Below are positions 12,201 to 25,314 of a DNA stretch of 64,000 nucleotides, one piece after another. The stretch comes from Macrostomum lignano (lineage: Eukaryota), in assembly GCA_002269645.1 (NCBI GenBank), contig NIVC01003211.1, positions 3,460 through 67,459 on the forward strand. Reading direction: 5' to 3'. Position 1 is the first letter of the stretch. Every line of letters starts with the position of its first letter. The notes under the pieces were generated by a model. The model searched no databases. It was not told the DNA's origin and saw only the letters and a list, made by a program, of their open reading frames with translations. A program made the translations under genes and the position numbers.

Positions 12201-14129
12201 ATCCTGAATGGTTGTTAATGGTCCTGAATGGTTTTTAATGGTCCTGCATGACTATTAATGGTCCTGGATGTTTTTTTATCCCGAAAAACAATTCTGTAGA
12301 GATTCCAACATCCCGCCGCTCTCGAGGCCTCACCAGTAGCCTTGGACAGCAGGTGCTCCGACAGTGCGGAGTGCAGCAGCTGCATGGGCACCCGCCCGGA
12401 GCTCTGGCAGAGGCACAGGGCGAACAGGTCGCACCAGCAGTGCGGCAGCAGGCGGTCGGTGGGCGGCAGGTCCAGGTCCCGGGCCCAGCGGATCATGCGG
12501 AACAGCACCGAGGCCGCCACGAACTTCACGAAGGCGGCGTCAACGGCGCCGGCCGAGGCTCCGGTGGCCGACGACGGCGGTGGCGGGCCCGCGAAAAACG
12601 GCGGCAAGTCGAACTCGGTGAATTCCGGTTCGAGAATTCGCTGCCGACGGCGGGGCGGAGGCGGCGGAGGCGGCGGCGGCGGCGGCTCCAGGGGACTCGG
12701 AGGCCACTCGACGGCATCGTCGAGCTCATCGGACGGCTCGGCGTCGTCTTCTTTGACTCCAATGGTGAGGCCAGCCGTCGAGGTCGAAGACGTGGACGAC
12801 AGGGTCCGGCGCTCGTTCTGCACGGCCTCCGAGCGCATGCCGACGCCGATGCACTTGCGCAGGCGGCAGAACTGACAGCGGTTGCGGAAGGTCTTGTTTA
12901 CCAGGCACTGCCGGCCGCTGCGGCAGCTGTAGTTCACCCGGCGCCGGATCGACCGCTTGAAGAAGCCTTTGCAGCCCTCGCAGCTCACCACGCCGTAGTG
13001 CCGGCCGGAGGCGCGGTCGCCGCACACCCGGCAGGCTTCGTACGACTGCGGCTGCTGTTGTTGCTGCTGCTGGAAGCAATTTGTGCATCGACTATTTTTA
13101 GAATAGACTGCCTACTTGCGAGTAGTGAGAAAGCGAATAGTATCTAGTAGCTTTCCTAGTAGGAAATTAGGAGTTTCCAGTCCAGGCAGCCTCCGTGGTC
13201 CACGGCTGGTCTCTTTTATTTGGGTTTTATTTACCCCTTCCTTATCGCTTGCCCATTCTTCATCAGATTTGCTTTCAATCGGGGTTCAGACGCGACCGAC
13301 CCCTATTCTGACTTGATAAGACAATATCGGCTGAAGGTCGTTGGTTTGCATGTTTATCTGCGCGACTCTGACATCGTGGCAAAAATGGGAAGAAATTTCC
13401 TGGGAACTGGGGCTCGAAAGGAGGGGGGGCTGAAAATGGGACCGTGTCAATGGTCTTTGTTTGCGGACCCAACCAGTGCACCGAACTCAGCGATAAGAAA
13501 TGGTTACCAAATTAGGAAATTGAACCCTGACTAACATTATATTATTACTACTATTCTACTATACTATTATATTCTTACTTATTTTCTGATAAAAAACTGA
13601 ATCTGACTTGGACTTCATTTAGGATGATTCTCAATGAGAGTTGGAGGCGATTCTCAATGAGAGTCGAGGGTGATTATCAATGGGACTTGGAGGCGATTCT
13701 CAATGAGACTTGGAGGTGATTCTCAATAAGACTTGGAGGCGATTCTCAATGAGACTTGGAGGCGATTCTCAATGAGACTTGGAGGCGATTCTTAATGAGA
13801 GTCGAGGGTGATTCTCAATGAGAGTTGGAGGCGATTCTCAATGGGACTTGGAGGCGATTCTCAGTGAGAGTCGAGGGCGATTCTCAATGAGAGTCGAGGG
13901 CGATTCTCACCTGAATCGCGCTGTCGCCGCTCCTGCTCCCATTCGGAGTTCCGTCAAGTTCTGGCGGCTCCACCGCCGCTGCTCGGTGCTGCTGGCGGAC
14001 ATTCGCGCTGGGGCTCCCCGCGGAGACCGACGGCAGAGGGTCGCAGCACTCGCCAGCGGACTTTTTCGCCTGGGCCGCCAGGAGAGAGTGAAGACTGGCC
14101 AGGTGCGGCGGCAAACCTCTGAGACCCAT
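9206..14129 (-). CDS. NR2C2: Orphan nuclear receptor of the TR2/TR4 (NR2C) group, 5 coding exons, about 488 aa
   Basis: Exons 14129-13911, 13069-12334, 11188-11048, 9921-9724, 9378-9206; all GT/AG, phases consistent, total 1467 nt. [33 protein letters not shown]…VQNERR. LBD motifs [20 protein letters not shown]…[21 protein letters not shown] match TR4 EYAYLKAIVLFSP / RLARIL…ELFFTGLIGNVSIDSIIPYIL. NR2C1 vs NR2C2 orthology cannot be resolved. Confidence 0.88.
9490..9690. repeat. 21-bp minisatellite (CCAAATCCCAAATCTCAGTTT) in NR2C intron 4
   Basis: Lies between donor 9723 and acceptor 9379. Confidence 0.9.
9940..11035. repeat. 22-bp G-rich minisatellite (GGGTGGTTGGGGGCGATTCTCA) filling NR2C intron 3
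   Basis: GCGATTC at 9969, 9991, 10013…; occupies almost all of intron 11047-9922. Confidence 0.95.
11278..12265. repeat. 20-bp minisatellite (GGTTGTTAATGGTCCTGAAT) filling NR2C intron 2
   Basis: Period 20; a 120-bp block is repeated around 11890-12130; intron 12333-11189. Confidence 0.95.
13622..13910. repeat. 23-bp minisatellite (GGAGGCGATTCTCAATGAGACTT) beginning exactly at the NR2C intron 1 donor
   Basis: GATTCTC at 13741, 13764, 13787; the sense strand reads GTGAGAATCGCCCTCGACTCTCA from the GT at 13910. Confidence 0.9.
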
Positions 14130-14189
14130 CTGCGGTTGGGGTGGCGGCGGGTGACGAGAATTTATTTTAACTCTTGAAACCCTTTAGGA

Positions 14190-14470
14190 TTTAAAATGGC
14201 ACCTTTTAAGATTCAAAATGGCACCCTTTAAGATTCAAAATGGCAACGTTTAGGATGCATAATGGCACCTTTTAGGATTAAAAATGGCACCTTTTAGGAT
14301 TCAAAATGGCACCTTTTAAGATTCAAAATGGCACCTTTTAAGATTCAAAATGGCACCTTTTAAGATTCAAAATGGCAACGTTTAGGATGCAAAATGGCAC
14401 CTGGAGGATTCAAAATGGTACTTTCTAGGATAAAAACTCACATTTAGTTTTTAAAAATGGCACTTTCAAA
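14190..14470. repeat. 22-bp minisatellite (CAAAATGGCACCTTTTAAGATT) just upstream of the NR2C start acceptor
   Basis: Units start at 14302, 14324, 14346; degenerate edges. Confidence 0.85.
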
Positions 14471-14999
14471 CTTCAAAATGACATTATTCGGGGTACAAAT
14501 TGACATTTAGGATATCAATTTAGGATGCAGACTGACTCAGCAGCCAAGGCACCGCGCACTTTCTGCACTTACACACTAAGCCGCTGCAGTGTGGGAGCAC
14601 TTTACTGTGCAAGTCTGGCCGCAAACAGCAATTAATATCCCTGACGATGTGCCAAGCGACCGGCTGCGCTGCTAATATTTCCACTGTATGCGCCAGCGGT
14701 TATTTAAGTCTGTCTGGCCCCGGGGCGGATGTAGCCTGCATTTTTGCATCCCCCATGCCCCAGCCGCCGCAGGGCTAACTCTTCCCAACTTAAAAACTGC
14801 GGAACCCAGACGGGTCATAAATCATTGTGCAGCTGTGCGGCCGGCCAGGGGTCAAGGCGTGCCCCAGTGACGCGATCGGCCCAGGCTCTGCTCTAATTAG
14901 AATTTATGGGGAGCCGGGAACCCATCGAATCTTTACCGCTGCGGAGTGCCTCGGCTGCTGCCCGACAGTTCGTGGCTTCTCCAGCGTGAGACCGGCAAT

Positions 15000-16245
15000 T
15001 TTCTCAGGGGCGATTCTCAGAGAGCGATTCCCAGAGAGCGATTCTCAGAGAGCGATTCTCTGAAAGCGACTCTCAGAGAGCGATTCTTGGAGAGCGATTC
15101 TCTGAAAGCGACTCTCAGAGAGCGATTCCCAGAGAGCGATTCTTAGAGAGCGATTCTCAGAAAGCGACTCTCGAAGAGCGATTCCCAGAGAGCGATTCTC
15201 AGAGAGCGATTCTCTGAAAGCGACTCTCAGAGAGCGATTCTCAGAGAGCGATTCTTGAAGAGCGATTCTCTGAAAGCGACTCTCAGAGAGCGATTCTTAG
15301 AGAGCGATTCTCAGAGAGCGATTCTCAGAGAGCGATTCTCAGAGAGCAATTCTCAGAGAGCGATTCTCAGAGAGCGATTCTCAGAGAGCGATTCTCAGAG
15401 AGCGATTCTCAGAGAGCAATTCTCAGAAAGCGACTCTCGAAGAGCGAATTCTAGAGAGCGAATCCCAGAGAGCGATTCTCAAAAAGCGACTCTTAGAAAG
15501 CGATTCTCAAAGAGCGATTCTTAGAGAGCGATTCTCAAAGAGCGATTCCCAGAGAGCGATTCTTAGAGAGCGATTCCCAGAGAGCGATTCTTAGAGAGCG
15601 ATTCTTAGAGAGCGATTCTCAGAAAGCAACTCTCGAAGAGCGATTCCCAAAAAGCGATTCTCAGAGAGCGATTCTCTGAAAGCGACTCTCAGAGAGCGAT
15701 TCTCAAAGAGCGATTCTTAGAGAGCGATTCTCAGAAAGCGATTCTCAAAGAGCGATTCTTAGAGAGCGATTCTCAGAAAGCGATTCTCAAAGAGCGATTC
15801 TTAGAGAGCGATTCTCAAAGAGCGATTCCCAGAGAGCGATTCTTAGAGAGCGATTCCCAGAGAGCGATTCTTAGAGAGCGATTCTTAGAGAGCGATTCTC
15901 AGAAAGCGATTCTCAAAGAGCGATTCTTAGAGAGCGATTCTCAGAGAGCGATTCTCTGAAAGCGACTCTCAGAGAGCGATTCTCAGAGAGCGATTCTTAG
16001 AGAGCGATTCTCAGAAAGCGACTCTCGAAGAGCGATTCCCAGAGAGCGATTCTTAGAGATCGATTCTCTGAAAGCGACTCTCAGAGAGCGATTCTCAGAG
16101 AACGATTCTTAGAGAGCGGTTCTCAGAGAGCGACTCCCAGAAAGCGCTTCTCAGAAACTGGTCATCAGAAAGCGATTCTCAGAAACTGATCATCAGAAAG
16201 CGATTCTCAGAAACTGATCATCAGAAAGCGATTCTCAGAAACTGA
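15000..16245. repeat. 14-bp minisatellite (GAGAGCGATTCTCA), ending in a 28-bp dimeric variant
   Basis: CGATTC at 15361, 15375, 15389; CAGAAAGCGATTCTCAGAAACTGATCAT units at 16140-16245. Confidence 0.95.
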
Positions 16246-16809
16246 TTTTACGATGGCACTCCGCGCCGACTCGCAGAGGCGCCAGGCAAAGCGAGGCGGA
16301 AGGTGTGAAGTGAACTGCGAACTGCAGACACAGGGAGCTGAGCACCTCAACTGCAACAACGAAGCTGCTCTTTCATCGCGCTCAGCAAAGCGGCAGTCAC
16401 GCGCTGTGACGGCGGATCAGAATCACTGACAGAGAAGATTGGTGAATATCTTCTCGCAGCACCGACTGTTGACAATGCCAGGTACCAGCTCCACTCTCCC
16501 TTCTGATTCTAACAGTTCTATTTTCATTGCCAGTTTCTGCAACAAAACAATTCTACAGTATTGTCACCTGGATCGGGGATTATTGTCCCAATTTGGGGAC
16601 TGGGACTCAACGGATGACTACACTGCCTTTTTGCACTGCATTTTTCCGAGCAATTGATGGGATGAAAAATCAATTTAAAGACTAATTCTCCTAATTTTTT
16701 ATTTCTCCAATGGTTCGAACAATTTGAAGTTATTAATAAAACAAATTCAAATAGGTTTTAAATTATTTTGATTTCTAATAATTTCAAATCAGTCATTCTG
16801 GGCATGATC

Positions 16810-16896
16810 CGTCTGTCTGCCTGTCTGTCTGCCTGCATGTCTGTCTGCCTGCCTGCCTGTCTGTCTACCTGCCTGTCTGTCTGCCTGCCTGTCTGT

Positions 16897-16979
<83 letters not shown>

Positions 16980-17217
16980 CCTGCCTGCCTGCCTGCCTGT
17001 CTGCCTGTCTGCCTGTCTGTCTGTCTGTCTGCCTGTCTATCTGTCTGTCTGTCTGTCTGCCTATCTGTCTGCCTGCCTGTCTGTCTGTCTGTCTGTCTTA
17101 GTGTCTGTCTGCCTGCCTGCCTCTCTGTCTGCCTGCCTGCCTGTCTGCCTGCCTGTCTGTCTGCCTGCCTGTCTGTCTATCTGTCTGTCTGTCTGTCTGC
17201 CTATCTGTCTGCCTGCC

Positions 17218-17248
<31 letters not shown>

Positions 17249-17480
17249 GTCTGTCTGTCTCAGTGTCTGTCTGCCTGCCTGCCTGCCTGTCTGTCTGCCT
17301 GCCTGCCTGTCTGCCTGCCTGTCTGTCTGCCTGCCTGTCTGTCTGTCTGCCTGTCTGTCTGCCTGCCTGTCTGTCTGCCTGCCTGCCTGTCTGTCTGTCT
17401 GTCTGTCTGTCTGTCTGCCTGTCTGTCTGCCTGTCTGTCTGTCTGTCTGCCTGTCTGTCTGTCTGCCTGCCTCTCTGTCC

Positions 17481-17513
<33 letters not shown>

Positions 17514-17556
17514 GGCTGTCTGTCTGTCTGTCTGTCTGCCTGTCTGTCTGCCTGCC

Positions 17557-17593
<37 letters not shown>

Positions 17594-17607
17594 GCCTGCC
17601 TGTCTGC

Positions 17608-17641
<34 letters not shown>

Positions 17642-17647
17642 GTCTGC

Positions 17648-17681
<34 letters not shown>

Positions 17682-17700
17682 GTCTGTCTGTCGGTCTGTC
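16810..17700. repeat. (TCTG/CCTG)n microsatellite
   Basis: Directly visible; contains GTCTTAGTG near 17096. Confidence 0.95.
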
Positions 17701-18200
17701 TGGTGTCAGAGTCGCCAAACAAGCCCTCCCCGCCCCTAAGCACTTAGCCACTCCAGTGATTCAGTGCACCTCAGTTGTGGGTCATCTGTACCCCCCATCC
17801 CCTACCTATTTGTGCCGGCCAGCTATCTGCGTTTTATTTTTACGAGAAAAGGTCGCCTGCACGAAAGCAAACAGATAGATAGAGGCCGGCGCAGCGGAAA
17901 TATCACCAGGGATTTCTTCAGCAATGGCAAGCACTTCTGTCAAGAGTTGTCTTTCGGCCCTTCAACCCAGCAGATCTGCGGCCACTCTGTTGAAAACCAA
18001 AAAAACAAAAACAACAGTCTTTTAAGGGTTCTCGGACCTCGCGCTTACTATAGTGGCTGTGCCGGTGGGCCAGAGCACGGATGCTGCTGCACTGGGCGGT
18101 ACTGAAGCATTTCCCTAATACAAGTCCAACTGCCCTGTGTCGCATGCAGCACTTCTCTGGCCTCCCGCAATAACTGCTTCTATGATATTTGTTCCAACTG

Positions 18201-21200
18201 TCATACTGGTTCTCCTGCCCTGCCTGTCCGACCCCTCGTGGCCGGGACTGACGGGCTTAGCCGCTGGGTCTGATTTACCGCTGCAGTGTCAGTGTCTTTG
18301 AGATTCCCTCTGCTCCAGAGAATTATCCAATTGAAATTCCCAATTGCTCAGAAAAGATCCCAGCTTTAAAACTGCTAGCTTATGAGAATCATGCTTTGAA
18401 ATTCCCTTTGGTACAGAAATTTCCCAACTTTGAGATTCTTCCTTACCCCAGAGAATTCCCTAACTTTGAGATTCCCCTTACCCCAGAGAATTCTCCAACT
18501 TTGAGATTCCCCTTACTCTAGAAAATTCCCTTACTTTGAGATTCCCCTTATCACAGAGAATTCCTTTACTTTGAGATTCCCCTTATCACAGAGAATTCCT
18601 TTACTTTGAGATTCCCCTTATCACAGAGAATTCCCTTACTTTGAGATTCCCCTTACCCCAGAGAATTCCCTTACTTTGAGATTTCCCTTACCCCAGAGAA
18701 TTCCCTAACTTTGAGATTTCCCTTACCCCAGAGAATTCCCTAACTTTGAGATTTCCCTTACCCCAGAGAATTCCCTAACTTTGAGATTTCCCTTACTCCA
18801 GAGAATTCTCCAACTTTGAGATTCCCCTTACCCCAGGGAATGCTCCAGAGAATTCTCCAACTTTGATATTCCCCTTACCCCAGGGAATGCTCCAGAGAAT
18901 TCTCCAACTTTGATATTCCCCTTACCCCTAGGGAATGCTCCAGAGAATCTCAGAGCCGTGAGTCAGCGAGTCTCTATACTAAAAGGCAGTCACTACCCAT
19001 TGTTAGAGTTAGAAAATATGCTGTTTACAAAACTTAACTATACTCGTACAACTATATGCGCAAGGCAAGGTCAAAATGCGCAAGAGTGTGCAGGGGTTAC
19101 CCAGCGAGAGCTTAACAGACCCGTTGCAATACATAACAATTCATATTAATACTATTACTAATACTAAACCTAAACTATTAAATAATGTACTTCACTGCAT
19201 CACAATGTGTTTACGCTAAACTGCGCTACGCTTTGGCCTATTTTTAAATTCCTTTATCTTAGACAAGACGAGAATAGGGAGGATAATGATTGGGGATATC
19301 TTGACAGGCAGGACAACAAACTTCTCTGAGCACTATTATAAGCTAGAGCTCATAATTAATAATAAGATAATAAAACAGTATCATCGATTTAAACAAAAAA
19401 GCCTGATAGTTAAATGACAAGCTGCGGACTAAGTCTGGACTGGATCATGGACTGCTAGCCCATGGGTGACAGCTGCATGACACTCAAAAGTACTAGAAGA
19501 TAGTATCATATAGGAGATTAAAACGGATTAGTTAGGATCATTATGTCACACAAATTGATTTATTAGGACCATAATGACACAACAACACACCCATTAGGAC
19601 CATAATGACACCCTAACAGACTCATTAGGTCTTAGGATCATAATGACACCCCAACAGACTCATTAGGTCTTAGGACCATAATGACACCCTAACAGACTTA
19701 TTGGGACCATAATAACATCCCAACACACTCATTGGGACCATAATGACACCCCAACACTCTAACACACCCATTAGGACCATATTGACACCCTAACACACCC
19801 ATTAGGACCATAAGGACACCCTAACACACTCATTAGGACCATAATGACACCCCAACACACTCATTAGGACCATAATGACACCCTAACACACTCCTTATGA
19901 CCATAATGACACCCCAACACACCCATTAGGACCATAATGACACCCTAACACACTCATTATGACCATAATGACACCCTAACACACCCATTAGGACCATGAG
20001 GACACCCTAACACACTCATTAGGACCCTAATGACACCCCAACAGACTCATTAGGTCTTAGGACCATAATGACACCCCAACAGACTCATTAGGTCTTAGGA
20101 CCATTATGACACCCTAACAGACTCATTAGGTCTTAGGATCATAATGACACCCCAACAGACTCATTAGGTCTTAGGACCATAATGACACCCTAACAGACTC
20201 ATTGGGACCATAATGACACCCTAACAGACTCATTAGGTCTTAGGATCATAATGACACCCCAACAGACTCATTAGGTCTTAGGACCATAATGACACCCTAA
20301 CAGACTCATTGGGACCATAATGACATCCCAACACACTCATTGGGACCATAATGACACCCCAACACACTCATTGGGACCATAATGACACCCAACACACTCA
20401 TTGGGATCATAATGACACTCTAACACACCCATTAGGACCATAATGACACCCCAACAGACTCATTAGGACCATAATGACACCCCAACAGACTCATTAGGAC
20501 CATAATGACACCCCAACAGACTCATTAGGATCATAATGACACCCCAACACACTCATTAGGATCATAATGACACCCCAACAGACTCATTAGGATCATAATG
20601 ACACCCCAACACACTCATTAGGATCATAATGACACCCCAACACACTCATTAGGACCACAATGACACCCCAACAGACTCATTAGGATCATAATGACATCCC
20701 AACAGACTCATTAGGATCATAATGACACCCCAACACACTCATTAGGACCACAATGACACCCCAACAGACTCATTAGGATAATAATGACACCCCAACAGAC
20801 TCATTAGGATCATAATGACACCCCAACAGACTCATTAGGACCGTATCAGACAAGATTCATTTAAATGACCCCAAGACAAGGGTTTACAGTAGAAAGCCTG
20901 CACTCACCAACAAGTGAGGCGAAGATTTCATCAGTTCGGCCAGGGGGGGCATCAGCAGGCCGGAGCCATGCGGATGTCCAGGTGCAAATGGACGGCCGGC
21001 CATCAGCTGAGGCGGCGGCTGCTGCTGCCCGCGACCTCCATAGAAGAAACTCCCGCTGTTGTCGCATCCCTCGGTAGTTCTGTGCATTCTATCCGTCTGT
21101 CTGTCCAGTGTCCAATATGTTTTAGAACCGTGAGCAGAAAACCTTCAGTCAAGATAAGCGAGCGACATTTGCATGTGAATAGTGCGGAGGCCGTACGCTA

Positions 21201-23776
21201 TTATATGTAGCAAACACGTATATGAATGAATTAAGGTCTGAGGGGTTGAATAAGGTTGCGAATCAGAGCTCCCAGACAGGGGGGGCGGTGGGAGAAGATC
21301 GGGCAAATAGGGGAAGAGGGGCCTGGGGAGGGGGCTCTCTTTGTCTGGTTGTGGGGGATATGGGAAAAAACTGACAAGGGCTGCGTGTGGTGGAAGTGTG
21401 TGGTATGCGAGCGGGGAGCCACCACCGCAGAACACGTGGAAAGGCTAAGGCAGCCAGGGGGGTAAAGGGTTATAAAAGTTCGCGGTCTGCCTGCGTCCCC
21501 CCCCCCCGCAGCGGGCTCTCCAGCTGAATCCAGTAAAAAACGATGGGGGCATAGGAGAGATCGTGAGGAGGTGGGGGGCATGGGGGTGCAGGCAGCCAAT
21601 GGGGGCTGTCTGTCTGGGGTGGTGGGGTGGTAGAGGGCGGCTGGTCAAGCTAAGGGGGTCAAAATTTAAGCCAAAAAAATAAAGCGAGCCCCGCAGGCTA
21701 AGGGAGGCTGCAGGAGTGGAGTGGAGGTCAGCGCTGTTTAGTTTGTTTTTGTGATAGCTAATAGCAATTACAGAAGACGGTAAAGTGGCACAGTTAGAGA
21801 AGAGAAAGGGGGTGTCAGATGAAGAGTTCGGTCCCAAATTATATCCATACTGTCGTAGTTAAAGCCAAACAGCCTTCCCCAGTCTGGCAGAGAAGTCCGT
21901 CTGAAGTATTGCATATGGCTTCGTACGCAGTGGCTATGGCTAGTGGCTAGAGCCATGCGTTTTTCACCCGCTTATGCCTGGCACATTTTCTCTTTGAGCC
22001 CGCATTAGGTTGACTCTCCCCCCCCCCCCTAAGACTTACAGTGCCTGCAGCTGCGACCCAATTCCAGGCAGCTATAATAGCCTGAGGCCATAGAACAAGT
22101 CCGCTTAAACTTTTCCCGACCTGTCTGTCGTACAGGAGGAGCTGGCCGGGTGGACAGGCACGCCATTATTGCTGTGTTCGTTCTACTGAGGACTATTGTT
22201 GCTCCACCATTATTGGTCAAGGGCTTGAAGGCTGTTAGACTGGGGCGTTCTTTCTGTTCTAACTTTCTAAGAAAGACTTCAACTATGAGTCTATTTACCT
22301 GATTATCATTAGGTACGGAGCAAGGACACTTACTTACAGCACACGATAACTTAATTGCATGCAAAGTCAAGATTTAACATCAAACAGACTTGCTCACTGG
22401 GTGTTGAATATATAGACTAAGTACATGGAGGAGTTGCCTGCTCCACCTACTAAGTTACTCCCTTCCACTACACTCCTTTTCACGCTTTTATTTTCCAATT
22501 CATTCCATCATTCCATTCATTTCCACTGCATTCCATTCCACTCCATTCCATTCACCTCAATTCCATTCCACTCCCTTTCATTCCACTCCACTGCATTCCA
22601 TTCCACTCCATTCCATTCACCTCAATTCCATTCCACTCCCTTTCATTCCACTCCACTGCATTCCATTCCACTCCATTCCATTCACCTCAATTCCATTCCA
22701 CTCCCTTTCATTCCACTCCACTGCATTCCATTCCATTCCACTGCATTCCATTCCATTCCACTGCATTCCATTCCATTCCACTACATTCCATTCCATTCCA
22801 CTGCATTCCATTCCATTCCACTGCATTCCATTCCACTCCATTCCATTCACCTCAATTCCATTCCACTCCACTGCATTTCATTCCACTCCCTTCCATTCCA
22901 TTCCACTCCATTCCATTCCATTCCACTCCATTCCATTCCATTCCACTCCATTCCATTCCACTCCCCTTCCATTCCACACCATTCCACTCCCCTTCCATTC
23001 CACTCCGTTCCATTCCATTGCATTCCATTCCACTCCATTCCACTCCATTCCATTCCACTCCATTCCACTGCATTCCATTCCACTCCATTCCATTCCACTC
23101 CATTCCATTCCACTCCATTCCATTCCATTCCACTCCATTCCACTGCATTCCATTCCACTCCATTCCATTCCACTGCATTCCATTCCACTCCCTCCCATTC
23201 CATTCCATTCCGCTCCATTGTATTTCATTCCACCCCATTCCTTTCCATGTTTCATTCCTTTCCATTCCATTCCACCCCATTCCACTTCATTCCATTTCAC
23301 TCTATTCCGTTCCATGTCTGTTCCATTTTACTCGTAATTAATCCCATTCAATTGCAATAGTTTCAATATACTAAAAACGCCGATTAATGATCTAATAACG
23401 ACCTGCAGTCAGTCCAAAAGACTCCAGGGTCTCGGGCCAACCCTCGCTTCATACAGGCTAAGAGCATAGCAGCTCACAGAAGAGCAATAGGAGAGGCAGA
23501 AGCACGGATCAGTAGGCCGGCGGCAAAGAGATGATTTATATCAGACTGGCTGCTTCTGAAAATTATTGTTTTTGTGAGCAAACCTCAGCTATAGCCATGC
23601 GGGCACAGACAGACAGACAATAATAGCCATATCTGTATATGATGCAGTGTGTGACCTCCACAGTTGGCAGAGGCCGCCCAGCCATCATCAGCTCAACCTC
23701 TCCCTGCATTGTATTCCGCTTGCTGCCCACCCAGAACCCGAAGGCCGGTAGAGACAGCGAGTGACCTGCAGCTTGA
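18201..23776 (-). CDS. Candidate exons of an unidentified gene (23776-23656, 21079-20908, 18280-18201)
   Basis: Three unique GC-rich islands between repeat arrays, each bounded by YAG/GT sites with compatible phases (0, then 1), giving …MQGEVELMMAGRPLPTVE|NYRGMRQQREFLLW…DEIFASLV|AVNQTQRLSP…EPV*. No recognisable domain; start not found. Confidence 0.25.
18395..18950. repeat. 35-bp minisatellite (GAGAATTCCCTTACTTTGAGATTCCCCTTACCCCA)
   Basis: Period 35 (18661 to 18696). Confidence 0.9.
19555..20842. repeat. 31-bp minisatellite (CATTAGGACCATAATGACACCCCAACAGACT) with 39-bp variants
   Basis: Period 31 (20461 to 20492); variants carry an extra CTTAGG-type sub-repeat. Confidence 0.95.
22495..23315. 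repeat. (CATTC)n / (GGAAT)n pentanucleotide satellite
   Basis: ATTCC/ACTCC/GCATT pentamer variants throughout. Confidence 0.95.
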
Positions 23777-25314
23777 CTGGCCAGACAGAGACAGACAGCA
23801 AAAGAGTTTTAGGCCTTGCCTCCTGACCTGGGTAGCCATTTTTAGACCAAGCTCAAACTTTTGCTATCTGCTGCTGCCGCGCCTGCGGTGCAGTGCGATT
23901 CTCAAGGCGTGGCTTGGGCTTTAAGCTAGTATTCATGGTGACCCGCGGGGCGTTTTGGCTGCACTGCACTGCATTATGCAGTGCGCGGCACTGTGTGCGC
24001 CCAGATCGGACAAGGTTAGCAGACAGACAAACAAACGTTTGACAGACATAACAGCTCGAGAAGCAGTGGCTGCCTTTGCACTCCAAAGCCTTGCCAATTT
24101 TTTCTGGAATTTGCACTGACTGGAGTCATGGATGCAGATGCATTAACGTCCGATGAGGAAACTAACGCGAGCTTCGAAACAGCTAGCCCCCCCCCCCCCC
24201 GACGAAGACCCTGATAGACAAGGCAACGGTCCATAAGTGCGCGCGTGTACTCCAGGATCAGTGACGAGAAGCACAGCCAATTGTCCTGGATGCACTGGAC
24301 AGAAGCGAACGTCCGATCGATGTCGCACAATGAATGAATGAGGAGTGGCCGAGGAGGTGACAGCAAAGGTCACAACTGTAAAGTGTAGTGGCGGCTGGTA
24401 CCGCCGTGAGACTAATACAAATAAAGAAATTCTTCATCTGGAAACCGAAAGTCCAGGTGAGAGTTTTCATTGTTTGAGAGACTCAGGATTCAATCAACCA
24501 ATCTTAATAGAACACACCATACCTAATTGCCACTGTCATCTCGTAGAAAATGCAAATGCAAATTAAAATAAGATACGAGTAACATAGCGACTCACACTGG
24601 CTCTGGCTCGTTTCTAGTTTGGTTCCCGCAGCCTAAATTCCAAAGTTCACTCGCAGCGAAATCTTACACTTAAGCAGCAGTCAATATGTCAGAAAACAGT
24701 ACTTGCTACAGCCTGAATGCTTGCTGCAGATAAGATGCCCTTGTTGCAGTAGTCCAAGGCTGCCAAGTCTTCCCCCCCCCAAAAGAACACGCAACACACA
24801 CACGGCCAGAAAACATTGAGGCCTCGCTTCACTTTCAGCTGATGCCCCCATTGTAGGCCATAGGTCAACCGGGGTCACAGCAGTCAGAAAACAGAGTGCA
24901 AGATAAGCCACCCTGGCACTCACTCTCTCGCCCTGTCAAAGTTTATCTCCAGTTTGCCCAGCCAAGACCGACTTACACGGACGGGTGGAGAGAAGAGGGC
25001 GTGACCTCCTACTGAACTATTTTTCGATCAGCAACTGCTACCAGCACCGCTAGTCAGCTGAGCAATGTTGCGGCCGAGCAAAATAGAGGCAGAAAACTGC
25101 TGTGAAATATGAAGATGAAGCAAGGTTAATTAATGCTGGAAAAGAGCGAGAGTTCGCATGGGTTCTTGACCCACTGAAGAATTGAAATAAATATTGCAAA
25201 GGTAAAAGGCCCTATTTTACCTATGTGGCGTAAGAAAAAAGTTTAATATATCTTTCTGAACTGCACATAGTAGTAAGCATAGGACACACTTATGAATTAT
25301 TGTTGTATTTTATA

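Noticed and set aside
12248-13147. Overlapping plus- and minus-strand ORFs across GC-rich exons (also over TDP-43, SHPK and DIRS regions)
   Set aside because: Shadow ORFs caused by high GC3 of the real coding frame.
9379-13910. Introner-type (transposon-derived) origin of the repeat-filled introns
   Set aside because: Intron 5' and 3' ends share no common terminal sequence or TSD across NR2C, TDP-43 and PAIP1; only internal repeat cores are shared.
22425-23360. FHSIP / EWNGM repeat ORFs
   Set aside because: Translations of (CATTC)n.
24148-24185. Hammerhead-like CCGATGAG…GAAAC
   Set aside because: Core reads CCGATGA rather than CTGATGA, and stems I-III could not be formed convincingly.
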